A stretch of DNA of 64,000 bases. Source: Squalus acanthias. Its lineage: Eukaryota. Shown here piece by piece: positions 1 through 11,378 of the stretch. Both the position numbers and the translations under genes were made by a program. Below the pieces are notes generated by a model. The model made no database searches. It saw only the letters and a list, made by a program, of their open reading frames with translations, and had not been told where the DNA came from. Within the stretch, counting starts at the first letter, position 1; the number at the start of each line of letters is the position of its first letter. Where the stretch lies: the NCBI GenBank assembly GCA_030390025.1, contig CM059431.1, forward strand, positions 96,226,001 to 96,290,000, written 5' to 3'.

Positions 1-2623
1 GCCCATGGGATCCAAGAGAAAATGGCAAATTGGATCCAAAATTGGTTCAGTGGCAGGAAGCAAAGGGTAATGGTCGATGGATGTTTTTGTGACTGGAAGA
101 TGTTTTGAGTGGGGTTCCACAGGGCTCAGTACTAGGTCACTTGCTTTTTGTGGTATATATCAATGATTTAGACTTCAATGTAGGGGGCATGATTAAGAAG
201 TTTGCAGATGACACAAAAATTGACCATGTGGTTGATAGTGAGGAAGATCGCTGTAAACTGCAGGAAGATATCAATGAACTGATCAGGTGGGCAGAAAAGT
301 GCCAAATGGAATTCAAGTGTGAGGTAAAGCATTTGGGGAGGGCTAACAAGACAAGGGCATCTTGTCATCTTCCAAAATTCGATAGATTATGGAACAGTTC
401 CTGCAGATTGGAGGGTGGCAAATGTAACCCCACTATTTAAAAAATGAGGGAGAGAGAAAACAGGGAACTACAGACCGGTTAGCCTAACATCAGTAGTGGG
501 GAAAAAGCTAGAGTCTATTATAAAGGATGTGATAACAGGACACTTAGAAAATATCAACGGGATTAGACAAAGTCAACATGGATTTATGAAAGGGAAATCG
601 TGTTTGACAAACCTACTGGAGTTTTTTGAGGATGTAACTGGTAGAATAGATAAGGGAGAACCAGTGGATGTGGTGTATTTGGATTTTCAGAAGGCCTTTG
701 ATAAAGTCCCACATAAGAGGTTAGTGTGCAAAATTAAAGCACATGGGATTGGGGGTAATATACTGGCATGGATTGAAAATTGGTTAACAGACAGGAAACA
801 GAGAGTAGGAATAAATGGGTCTTTTTCGGGGTGGCAGGCGCTGACTAATGGGGTACCGCAGGGATCAGTGCTTGGGCCCCAGCTATTCACAATATATATC
901 AATGATTTGGATGAGGGAACCAAATGTACTATTTCCAAGTTTGCTGATGACACAAAACTAGGTGGGATTGTGAGTTGTGAGGAGGATGCAAAGAGGCTTC
1001 AAGGCGATTTAGACAAGTTGAGTGAGTGGGCAAATACATGGCAGATGCAGTATAACGTGGATAAATGTGAAGTTATCCACTTCGGTAGGAAAAACAGAAA
1101 GGCAGAGTATTAATTAAATGGTGATAGATTGGCAAATGTTGATGTACAAAGGGACCTGGGTGTCCTTGTACACCAGTCACTGAAAGCAAACATGCAGGTG
1201 CAGCAAGCAGTTAGGAAGGCAAATGGTATGTTGGCCTTCATTGCAAGAGGATTTGAGCACAGGAGCAAGGATGTCTTACTACAGTTGTACAGGGCCTTGG
1301 TGAGACCACACCTGGAGTACTGTGTGCAATTTTGGTCTCCTTACCGAAGAAAGGATATACTTGCCATAGAGGGAGTGCAGCGAAGGTTCACCAGACTGAT
1401 TCCTGGGATGGCAGGACTGTCGTATGAGGAGAGATTGGGTCGACTAGGCCTGTATTCACTAGAGTTTAGAAGAATGAGAGGGGATCTCATTGAAACGTAT
1501 AAAATTCTGATAGGGCTAGACAGACTGGATGCAGGGAGGATGTTTCCCCTGGCTGGGGGGTCTAGAATGAGGGGGTCAAAGTCTCAGGATACAGGGTAGG
1601 ACATTTAGGACTGAGATGAGGAGAAATTTCTTCACTCAGAGGGTGGTGAACCTGTGGAATTCTCTACCACAGAAGGCTGTGGAGGCCAAGTCACTGAATA
1701 TATTTAAGAAGGAGATTGATAGATTTCTAGACACAAAAGGCATCAAGGGGTATGAGGAGAGAGCAGGAAATGGTATTGAGATGGAGGATTAGCCATGATC
1801 ATATTGAATGGCGGAGCAGGCTTGAAGGGCCGAATGGCCTACTCCAGCTCCTATTTTTCTATGTTTTCTACACGGAATAAATGGTAGGATACTGCGAAAT
1901 GTAGAAGAACAGAGGGACATTGGAGTGCATGTCCACAGATCCCTGAAGGTTGCAGGACAGGTAGATAAGGTGGTTAAGAAGGCATACGGGATACTTTCCT
2001 TTATTAGCCGAGGCATAGAATAAAAGAGCAGAGAGTTTATGCTAGAACTGTATAAAACATTAGTTAGACCACAGCTAGAGTACTGCATACAGTTCTAGTC
2101 ACCACATTACAGGAAAGATGTGATTGCACTAGAGAGGGTACAGAGGAGATTTTGGCAGGACTGGAAAACTTTAGCTATGAGGAAAGATTGGATAGGCTGG
2201 GGTTGTTTACTTTGGAACAGAGGAGGCTGAGCGGAAACTTAATTGAGGTGCATAAAATTATGAGGGGCCGAGATAGATTGGATAGGAAGGACCTAATTCC
2301 CTTAGCAGAGGTCAATAACCAGGGGGCATAGATTTAAAGTAATTGGTAGAAGGATTACAGGGGAGTTGAGGAGAAATGTTTTCACCCAGAGGGTGGTGGG
2401 GGGTCTGGAATGCACTACCTGAAAGGGTGGTAGAGGCAGAAACCCTCATCACATTTAAAAAGTACTTGGATATGCACTTGAAGTGCCATAACCTGCAAGG
2501 CTACAGACCAAGAGCTGGAAAGTGGGATAAGGCTAGATCGCTCTTTTTCGACCAGCGCAGACACGATGGGCCGAATGACCTCCTTCAGTGCCATAAATTT
2601 CTATGATTCTATAATTCTATGAT
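1..2623 (+). mobile_element. CR1 LINE 3' part (RT C-terminus and tail), split by a second CR1 at ~360-1869
   Basis: [17 protein letters not shown] motifs at 105-350. The sequence resumes at ~1870 (INGRILRNVEEQRD) and ends in a (ATTCTATG)n-type tail at ~2598-2623. Confidence 0.9.
360..1869 (+). mobile_element. 5'-truncated CR1 LINE of a different subfamily, nested in the first CR1
   Basis: RT ORF pieces 496-1113 and 1129-1599 ([31 protein letters not shown]); 3' tail CCTATTTTTCTATGTTTTCTA. Confidence 0.9.
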
Positions 2624-2796
2624 TGTGAAACAGCAAACGTTCATGATGCCCCTGGTGTAATCTATGAAAAAGCTGGATATGTTTTCTTTCTCTAATTTCC
2701 CTGAACCCATTTTAGGATGGAATCCATACTTCTATTAGAAGTGTGAAAGGGCATGTACAATATACACCAGATTTTTCAGTTCAAGTAATTTAGAAA

Positions 2797-3117
2797 TAAC
2801 TTGCATTAATATAGCGCCTTTTACATCCTCATCCAAAGTGCTTTACAGCCAGAAAATTGCTATTGAAGTGTAGTCACCATTGTCATATGACAGCAAATTT
2901 ATACAATCTGTTTTTGTTAAAGAATAAATGTTGGGCACCAGAACTCCCTCCTCTTCTTTAAATAGTGCAATGGAATCTTTTACATCCACCCGAGAGACCA
3001 GATGAGGCCTTGAATTAATGTCTCAATCTAGATTATAAGGTCAAGTCCTAGAGTGGGGCATGAACTCACTGCCTTTTGACTCAGAGACAAGAGAACTACC
3101 ACTGAGCCAAACTTGAC
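2797..3117 (-). mobile_element. Degenerate tRNA-head, Deu-domain-type SINE with L2-like tail
   Basis: Similar to the better-preserved copy at 29200-29637 (head TGGCTCAGTGGTAG...CTCTGAGTCA; tail AGGCGCTATAT). Confidence 0.65.
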
Positions 3118-3572
3118 AAAGCCAGGCACTCTTTTAGATCACTTTCAATTGGTGAGTCCCAAATTCCTGGCTTCGAGAATAGCTTAACAAGGCCTAATAT
3201 CCAGATAAGTTTTGGTAACCTGTCTAGAACAACAAGAGTGCAACATTTCTGTTAATTATTTTTAAGCTATTAGAATTATCCTGTTGCCTCTAACATCCAA
3301 ACATGTCTTAGGCTTAAACTATTAAGTGAATATATTTAATGAAAGATCAACAAGTGAATATATATATCTCCAGTAGAAATCCAGACTACATAGCCCCTCT
3401 AAATGAAAACAAATATTCATAATTTAAATGCTATGCTCTTCTTTTACAAATAACTTTCACAAATATAGCATTTCTTTTTTTGTGTATGAGCCTGAACTAT
3501 ATTGCTTGCAGTTCCAAACCAACTTTCTCAGATACAAACAGTTATAGCTCTTTAAATATGCACAAAGACAGT

Positions 3573-4738
3573 GTCATAGAGTCATACCGGCACAGAAGGA
3601 GGCCATTCGGCCCATCGAGTCCATGCCGGCTCTCTGTAGAGCAATCCAGTCAGTCCCATTCCCCCGCTCTATCCCCGCAGCCCTACAAGTTTATTTCCCT
3701 CAAATGCCTATCCAGTCTCCCCTTGAAAATATTGAGTGTCTCCGCTTCCACCACTTCTGTCGGCAGCGAGTTCTAGGTCCTCACCACTCGCTGCGTAAAA
3801 AAGTTTTTCCTCACGTCCCCCCTGTATCTCTTGCCCAAAACCTTAAATCTGTGTTCCTTAGTCCTTGTACCATCAACTAGTGGGAACAGCCTTTCCCCGT
3901 CTAGCCTATCCAAAGCCATCATAATCTTGCACACCTCTATCAAATCACCCCTCAACCTCCTTTGCTCTAATGAAAACAAATACAGCTTCTCCAACCTGTC
4001 CTTGTAGCTAAGATCCCCCATCCCCGGAACCATTCTGGTAAATCTCCTCTGCACCCTCTCAAGTGCCTTCACATCCTTCCTAAAGTGTGGTGACCAGAAC
4101 TGGACACAATACTCCAGTTGTGGCCTAACCAGCGCTTTATAAAGGTTCAGCATAACTTCTCTACTTTTGTACTCAATACCTCCATTTATGAAGCCCAAGA
4201 TCCCTTATGCTTTGCTAACCACTCTCTCAATATGTCCCGCCACCTTCAGGGACCTATGCACATTAACTCCCAGGTCCCTCTGTCCCTGCACACTCTTTAA
4301 AACTGTGCCATTAAGTGTACATTGCCTCTCCCTGTTCCTTCTGCCAAAATGCATCACCTCACACTTCTCTGTATTAAGTTTCATCTGCCACTTGTCTGCC
4401 CATTCTGCTAGCCTTTCCTCTTCCTGTTGCAGTCGATTGGTATCATCCTTACTCTTTGCCACACCCCCAAGTTTGGTGTCATCGGCAAATTTAGAAATTC
4501 TACTCTGTATTCCAATAGCCAGGTCATTTATATATATATCAAAAAAAGCAGTGATCCCAGCACTGACCCTTGGGGAACACCACTGTCTACCATCCTCCAG
4601 TCTGAAAAGCAACCGTTTACCACAACGCACTGTTTTCTGTCCTTAAGCCAATTCCTTATCCTTCTTCTTAAGCTGCCACTGACAGACCACGAGCCTCAAT
4701 TTTGTTAACCAGCCTTCTATGTGGTACTTTGTCAAAAC
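3573..4738 (-). mobile_element. 5'-truncated CR1 LINE (same subfamily as 17795-23959)
   Basis: Minus-strand RT fragments 4205-4630 and 3773-4198; (ACTCTATG)-type tail at 3573. Confidence 0.9.
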
Positions 4739-4744
4739 AGGTAG

Positions 4745-4925
4745 ACTGGGTCTCGGTTTAATATCTCAGGGCTTTGGTTTAACATCTCATCCAAACGACA
4801 TGACGTCTAATATGCAGTACTAAAATGTCAGCCAAGATTATGTGCTCAATTCCAGGGGTTAGGCTTGAACCCACATCCTCAGACTTAAAAGTCAAGGCGG
4901 CTACCAGTGAGCCAAGTCTGACACT
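4745..4925 (-). mobile_element. Deu-domain-type SINE 5' fragment
   Basis: Head GTGTCAGACTTGGCTCACTGGTAG...GGGTTCAAGCC and a partial core matching 29200-29637. Confidence 0.6.
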
Positions 4926-5622
4926 GTATAAAACCACTTGTAAACACTGCACACTTTACCCCAGTACAAGAGGAAACAGCTCGGGAACAGGCTGTGCTTT
5001 GTGAACACTCCGAGCACATGTCCCACTGAAGAATAGCCACTGGCACAGCACACAACTCCAGTCTGTGCGCATTCCTTTAAGCACATATATCAACCAGCAT
5101 ACAAAAAAATGCTGCTATAATAGTAAATACATCATCTAAACACAAGAACACAAGTAAAAGGAAAAGAAAGCATACGTTTTAGAGCCCAGTATGTGGTACA
5201 AAAAAAAGCTTTTGCCCAAACAAATTTCACAAGAGCAGCCAGTAAAGAGAAGAGGCTTTTTTCTCATCATTCTGGGCTGTAATTAACTCAGATTGCAGTA
5301 AAAGGGCAGCGTTCCAATTCTGCACTATCCAGTCTCCCAAAGCCCAATTCCAGCCTTGAAGGAAGTGACTTGTGTTGCCAAAAACCAAAAGGGCAGGTGA
5401 TTGTTGTGTGTAGAGTGACAATGACAGCAGCCAGATAGTCGCAGTAAGTTAGGTGAATAGCGGAACAGAATGACTTGTAAATATCTGGGCCTAGAATTTC
5501 CGTTCGATTGCACTGTTTTTTTCGGCGCAATTGCCCCGATTATCGGGGTGATTCCCCTGAAATTGGCATAACCGGCGCAAAAGATCGTGGAATTTTCAGA
5601 GTAAATTGAGTTTAGAGTCAAG

Positions 5623-6339
5623 GGGGCAAAAATGGAATTGCGCCCCCCTTGGGGCGCTAACTTCGCCGGGGCGCTAAAAATTAGTGCCCTTGCGGCCGAA
5701 ATTGAGTGGTAGCGCCCCAAGAGGGAAGCGCGGCACGACTGGAAGCGCCCTGCCTCCCTCTTGGGGCGCTGCGAGGGAATATCGCGCAGCGGTATTGCAG
5801 GCCTTCCTCCCCTTCTTAAAGGGGAGGAGCCTTGTGCAGCGTGACCCGGGGCCCAGCGGGGCCACCGGGGATCGGAGTGCCAGCAAAAGCGCCCAGCACT
5901 CAAGAGAAGTGCCGGGCTCATGGAGCGCAGCCGGCACTCTGCAGGGGGGCGGGTCAGGAGGCCGGGGACGGGAGCGCAGGTAGGTGCTGGCAGGCGGCCA
6001 GCAACAAAAATGGCCACCCGGCACCTCGCCTTTAAATAGCGCCGCCCCGGCCGCAGGTAGGCTCCCCCCATACCCCGTCGGACATAGCGTCTGGCGGTAA
6101 GTCAGGGGGCGCTACCGAAGATTGCGGCCGGGGCGCGAGCGGGACGCTGCGCACGACGATGACATCATCGTTGGCAGCGCAGCACCGCGGGGCGCTAATG
6201 GTTACCGCCGCCACTAACCTCCTGCTGAATTTCACGGGAGGCGTTGGCGGTGCCACGCCTGGGCGCTAGTTGCTTTGCGCCCCGTTAGTGCCCTCTTAGG
6301 GCGCTAACGGGAGGCGCAAAGCAACCGAATTTTTCCCCC
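5623..6339. mobile_element. GC/CpG-rich Harbinger-type MITE
   Basis: Termini GGGGCAAAAAT / ATTTTTCCCCC, 3-bp TSD AAG (5620-5622, 6340-6342), many internal GGGCGCTAA/TAGCGCCC repeats. Confidence 0.75.
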
Positions 6340-6404
6340 AAGGAGTTGCATTCAAAGAGGCTCCAAAAATTAAGCTGGAACTTTTGGGCGCAAGTAGTAG
6401 GTAC

Positions 6405-6885
6405 TGTAAGAAATTGTGAATTGGAAGAAATAACTTGAGACAAAAAAGTCTCTTCAGCGTGGTGTTAGAATAACTGGATAGACGCTTAGAATTTGCTTAT
6501 GTTCTTGGTTCCCCGCGGATGTTATAACATTCTGCACCGTGGCGGTGACCTTGTTTCCAGACTAGCTGTCTGCTGTTTGTGTGCTAGAAAGGTTGTTGAC
6601 TGTATCTTTGAAAATCTACCCTCGGCCCACCCCTAAAAAGAGAGTAAAAGAGATATCTAAAGCGCTTTAAGTACAGACGGTGAAGGGAAGGGAAGAACTG
6701 TTCGCGCACGCCAGCCGTCTGTCTGATCGGGACCGTCACCAGATGCTTGTCACGGTCGTATGTCTACTATGTCTACCTTGATTGCGTGTTGTACTTAATT
6801 TAAACTGTCGCCCCTTAATAAAATGCTTTACAACTCCTCAGAGCCGTTCGATACTCTGTGTGTAACCTGTGATCGAAATCTTACA
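6405..6885 (+). repeat. 5' LTR (481 bp)
   Basis: Direct repeat of 11751-12230, about 7% different by manual comparison; AATAAA at 6817-6822. Confidence 0.97.
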
Positions 6886-6886
6886 G

Positions 6887-6904
6887 TGGTGTCAGAAGTG
6901 GGAT
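6887..6904 (+). promoter_or_regulatory. Primer-binding site, tRNA-Leu
   Basis: TGGTGTCAGAAGTGGGAT, 1 nt after the LTR, is complementary to the 3' 18 nt of vertebrate tRNA-Leu(CAA). Confidence 0.9.
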
Positions 6905-6983
6905 CACAGAGTTGGGACCGGAGGGACTTGGTCGACAGTGCGTGATCGTCGCTTAAGACTAAGAAGGGAACTCCCTGAAAGAG

Positions 6984-6985
<2 letters not shown>

Positions 6986-7018
<33 letters not shown>
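6986..7018 (+). repeat. (GA)n microsatellite in the proviral leader
   Basis: About 16 GA units. Confidence 0.95.
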
Positions 7019-7021
<3 letters not shown>

Positions 7022-7041
7022 AAGGTAAAACCAGAGGTACG

Positions 7042-8652
7042 ATGGCGTTGGCATCCCATTGAGAACAGCGAGTAGACAGCCTGACAGCCTGCAGCAGCGG
7101 ATCTCATAAAAAATCTTAGAAGACGGTAACGGGGACAATGACTACATCCTTGATAAACTCTCTGAGGATGTTCAGAAAAACAAACTTAAAATAAAGAGAG
7201 GTTGAGACAGGTTAGCTTACAGGGCACACTTTTGTGCTGCCCAGTTAAATAGGGAGATTAAAGAGTTAAAAGGTTTAGTAAGCCTGATGCAGAGGGAAAG
7301 AAGTGAATGGTGAGAGAACCTTTCTGCCCTCCGCAACCAGTTGCGCTGGGAGCAAAAGATTCATGACAAAATGCAGTATACACAAAAGAAACTAGATCAA
7401 ATACTCGAGCAGAATATTGAACTACAGGCAGAAAACACCAGATTGTGTGAGGAGTTAGAGGATGCAAGGGGAGCGTTAAGGGAATTAAACCGGCGCCAAA
7501 CCACTGACTCCCCGAAGCAGACCATGGCCCGCTTAGCAAAAATCCAACAGCTGCAGGCACAAATCGGCCAACAACGGGCAGTGGTGGCTGCTGTCTCCAA
7601 AATCAAACTGAAAGATCCCGGCCTTTGCTGGGACAATATAGCTGAGGACCCCACTCCCTCTGCTCTACCTCCACCATACAAGGATGGCAAAGCAAACAAG
7701 GCAATACCAGTGTGTGTGGTCACTCGGGCCAACGCTGTCCGTCAGCCTCAGCACCAGACTGAAGAGGAGGTGGAAGGCGTCCAATCCTTCTCCTCGACCA
7801 CTAACGACAGGGGGGAAAACGGTCACCATGACCACGCATAGGCCTCTTTCCGCTGTTAAGGTCAGGGTACTAAAGGATGATCTAGGGACGGTGGACAGGA
7901 ACACCAGCCCCCTCGACTTCAGGCAGCAGTGGAGGATTTTTATAATCACCCACCCAGAACTAGAAGGGGATGACCTTAAACAGGTCCTCCTGGCTGTGTG
8001 TTACTCAGGATTAAAACAAGAGATGGATCAGGACATTCTGGTGTTTGGCGTGATAGAGGATATTGAGGTAGAACTGTGCCAAACACTAGGGGAGGAGGGT
8101 ATCAACTAGCACCAAACAGGGCCCTACTGAAAGCCCGAATGCCTTCGCGCATAAACGCCATGACATTTTCCAGCACACCAGGGGTGGTAGAGGGGACTAC
8201 TTTAACTCCCCGGGCTTCAAAACCCTTTTTTTGAACGTCCTCCAAACATTGGTCTGTAACATGCTGGGCGTTTACATCTCCAAAGACAGCCTGTGGGAAC
8301 AAGTACGCACCTGTGCCAGAACTGCTTGGGATCAGACCTGTGCCAGTATCCCTGGGACACCTGCTAAAGCTACAGTAGTGGCTCGCTGCCTAACCCAAAG
8401 TGAGGGCCGTCCAAAACTCCCACGCCAGGAAAAGGTGCCTCGGTGCATTGCTACATCTGCCACCATCTGGGCCACTATGCCCGTCAATGCAACAACAACC
8501 CCCCAAGGCAAGCAGACCCCGACCCGGTCGAACAGCGACTAGAGAGAATAGAGGCATCCATAGAGGCTTTGACCATCGGACTGGGAGCCCGACCGGTCGC
8601 TGCGGCGCATCAGCAACCCGAGTCAACGGATTTGTTTCCACCTCCCCTGTGA
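7042..8652 (+). pseudogene. gag: gag (stops and frameshifts): coiled coil, late domain, capsid with MHR, CCHC nucleocapsid
   Basis: Heptad-rich 7250-7600; PSALPPPY at 7656-7679; KQGPTESPNAFAHK at 8114-8155; CYICHHLGHYARQC near 8449-8490. The ATG at 7042 is inferred. Confidence 0.85.
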
Positions 8653-9070
8653 CTCCTACAGGCCTCTCAGGTGGAGGTAACTTCCCCTCTCCGATATGAT
8701 GGTGGTGGGAGACCGGTAATCCGCACTGTTGATTCTGGAGGCCATCAACAACTGATGTTGGTCGACTCCGGCTCCTCAGCCACCATCATTCACGATCCCC
8801 ACCCCGATCCTACAAAGGGTGTGCCCCAAGTTTTATCGGGCATTGACAATTCAACCCAGATAATTATACAAGGATCCCTTCCCTTGGAGCTAAAGCAGGG
8901 TGTTGCTCGCAAAGGCACGTTCACGACCAGCTCCCCAGTTTAGCCGGTTAGAAAACCGGATGACTATCGGAAGACTATTGACTATCGCAAACTCAACTCA
9001 GTCACCCCCACGTGTGCCCCTGTGATTCGGGAGACACCCACCCTACTCTCCCAGATTCCCAGTGGCAGTA
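8653..9070 (+). pseudogene. pol: pro-pol remnant: aspartic protease N-half joined to the RT N-terminus, rest deleted
   Basis: LMLVDSGSSATII, then SSPV*PVRKPDDYRKTIDYRKLNSVTPTCAPVIRETPTLLSQI. No YxDD, RNase H or integrase follows. Confidence 0.85.
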
Positions 9071-10419
9071 ATCAGTAGAGAATGAGACTCAGTAGAAAAC
9101 ATCAGAAATTGAAAATAAGCTTATGGGAAAAAGGATAAGATTAGTCTCTGATGAAATAAAAAAAGGAGCAAAGGAAAGATTCTGTCCCTTTTCTACTTTG
9201 TGTAGTGTCCCTTTTTTAAAAAAAGCTCGTATGAATGTTTTGAAGCTAAAAGTTGAGGAAAACAAAAAAAGTTTGTTTAACAATAGATTAAGTTTCAGTC
9301 TAAGATTTAACCTTGGAGTTGCGGTTGCTATCGTGAATTTTCCAAGGCAGTTTTATTTGTTTTGTTTAAATGTGAAAACCAAACTGTCTTTTTCGATGGG
9401 TAAAGTTTTTTAAAATTTAAGTTAAGTGACGCAATTGCTTGCCTCTGACAATATTTGCTCCGGCTTCTTATAAACCTGCAAAGAAGTTAACCCTTTCCGC
9501 TGGCAGCTGTTTTTTTTTTAATTGGTTCACCAAACAACTTTGATCTATGTTTTCTATCTTTAATATTGTATTGGACAGTAAAGTTCCTCCAGGGCTCATG
9601 AATGAGATATGAATAATAATTAATGGGATGCCCCACTTAAGATGTAAGATTTAAACAGGAAAATTACACTACCAAATGAGAATTTTCCTAACTTCCTAGT
9701 GAAAGTCAGGAAAGTGTAGTTACGAATAGTAAATTGATAGCTTTCTCTTGGAGACATTTGTGTCCTTGCCTACATAACTTTTAAGAAAACTGCATTGATC
9801 GCCTGGCCACTACCCAAGACATCAGGACCATGGCAGAGGGAGATGAGCAAAGATCTCCAGACAACTACAATCTTTTGATACCTGAAAGCCTGAGAATGGC
9901 TTGTATTGGATATGTGTGGCACGATATTGAGATACCGATGTGAGTGTGCAAATGTGATGTGTTACATGTGAAGCAATTAGCATGCGGAAATGCAGGGTGA
10001 ATTTGCACTCAAGAACGGGTCTCAGACATGCTCAGTTACTTGACAACAGTACGACATGAAATGGTTAATGTGGCTCAGGAGAGTGAGACAACTTTTAAAG
10101 CATTGACACATACTCCATCGAGAAACTATCTGATTAATGAAACATCAGAATAGAGTTAAACACACTGGTACCTGTTAGAGGGATTGAAATTAAAGTTGAA
10201 GCAGAGAGTTACATGGAATTTGGATTGGGACAATTGAGGGCTAAGGAGAAATCATGTTTAGCAAGAATTATCCACAAGATGGATACGAGTAAAAGAGATC
10301 TGGAGAATCTTTTAAGTCCATGACTTGTTGATTAGATGTTAAACTGTAATGTCGCTTGAAATCATTGCAAGACTGAATTTAACTGTAACTGTAATAATTG
10401 TGTTTTGTAGATAACAGAG

Positions 10420-11378
10420 CGTGGAAAAAACCAGTACGAATCCTGTATCAGGTAGTTTTGGTGGTGCCTCCTATGTCACTACGACCGCAACAACCATGCT
10501 TTACGGGTCTAACAGGACCTGTCCCATCAACCAACAACAAATTGTATTTATATAACACCTTTAACATAGTAAAATGTCCCAAGGCGCTGCACAGGAGTAT
10601 TTAAAGACAAAAAAAATTTGACACCGATCCACATAAGGATAAATTAGGGCAGGTGACCAAAAGCTTGGTCAAAGAGGTAGGTTTTAAGGAGCGTCTTAAA
10701 GGAGGAAAGAGAGGTAGCGAGGCGGACAGGTTTAGGCAGGGAATTCCAGAGCTTAGGGCCTAGGCAACAGAAGGCACGGCCACCAAAGGTTGAGCGATTA
10801 TAATCGGGGATGCTCAAGAGGGCAGAAGTAGAGGAGCGCAGATATCTCGGGGGGTTGTGGGGCTGAAGGAGATTACAGAGATAGGAAGGGGCGAGGCCAT
10901 GGAAGGATTTGAAAACAAGGATGAGAATTTTGAAATTGAGGTGCTGCTTAACCGGGAGCCAATGTAGGTCAGCGAGCACAGGGGTGATGGGCGAACGGGT
11001 ACCAACACATTTTACTCAATATCAAAACCTATGCTCAAGTGAAACTGACAGTAAATGAGATACTTAAGTATGAGCTGCACAATTATGTGGCACAATTCGG
11101 GTAATACATTCCCCTGTTGTCTGAGGGCTTCAGTGAGCTCGTGATGCGACTGAACTCCTCCCCAAAGCACCTTTATGTTTTGTAGCAAGACAACTCGAGA
11201 ATAGATAGTGAAATTGACAGCATAGGGGACGACTCACACTGGTGGGATATTGGGCTTAATACATCAGCACACCCTTAGGGTCGTATTATTTCACATGCTC
11301 TGGTAGTTCTCCAACTTGTAACCCATGTAGTAAGACTTTGATACATAAGCCATTTGTGTACTCATGCCTATGACTAAC
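10420..11378 (+). pseudogene. env: env-like C-terminal remnant, split by an L2 insertion
   Basis: Removing the L2 and one TSD restores the frame ..YVTTTATTMLYGSNRTCPINQHILLNIKTYAQVKL..SELVMRLNSSPKHLYVL*QDNSRIDSEIDSIGDDSHWWDIGLNTSAHP*GRIISHALVVLQLV. It lies just upstream of the 3' LTR. Confidence 0.65.
10537..11000 (-). mobile_element. L2 LINE 3' fragment inserted in env
   Basis: LADLHWLPV..GGRAF..GPKLWNSLP..FKTLLKTYLF; 7-bp TSD ACCAACA (10530-10536, 11001-11007). Confidence 0.9.

Noticed and set aside
687..953. Recurrent antisense ORFs (SSANL.., [10 protein letters not shown]..)
   Set aside because: They are shadow frames on the opposite strand of CR1 RT, repeated wherever CR1 occurs.
496..1599. 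Bacterial-type RT system (retron, DGR, group II intron)
   Set aside because: All RT motifs in the window are non-LTR (CR1/L2-type), Penelope or retroviral, in a eukaryotic repeat context.
5325..6071. 248-aa minus-strand ORF and overlapping ORFs
   Set aside because: They arise from GC-rich MITE sequence, cross element boundaries and show no protein motif.
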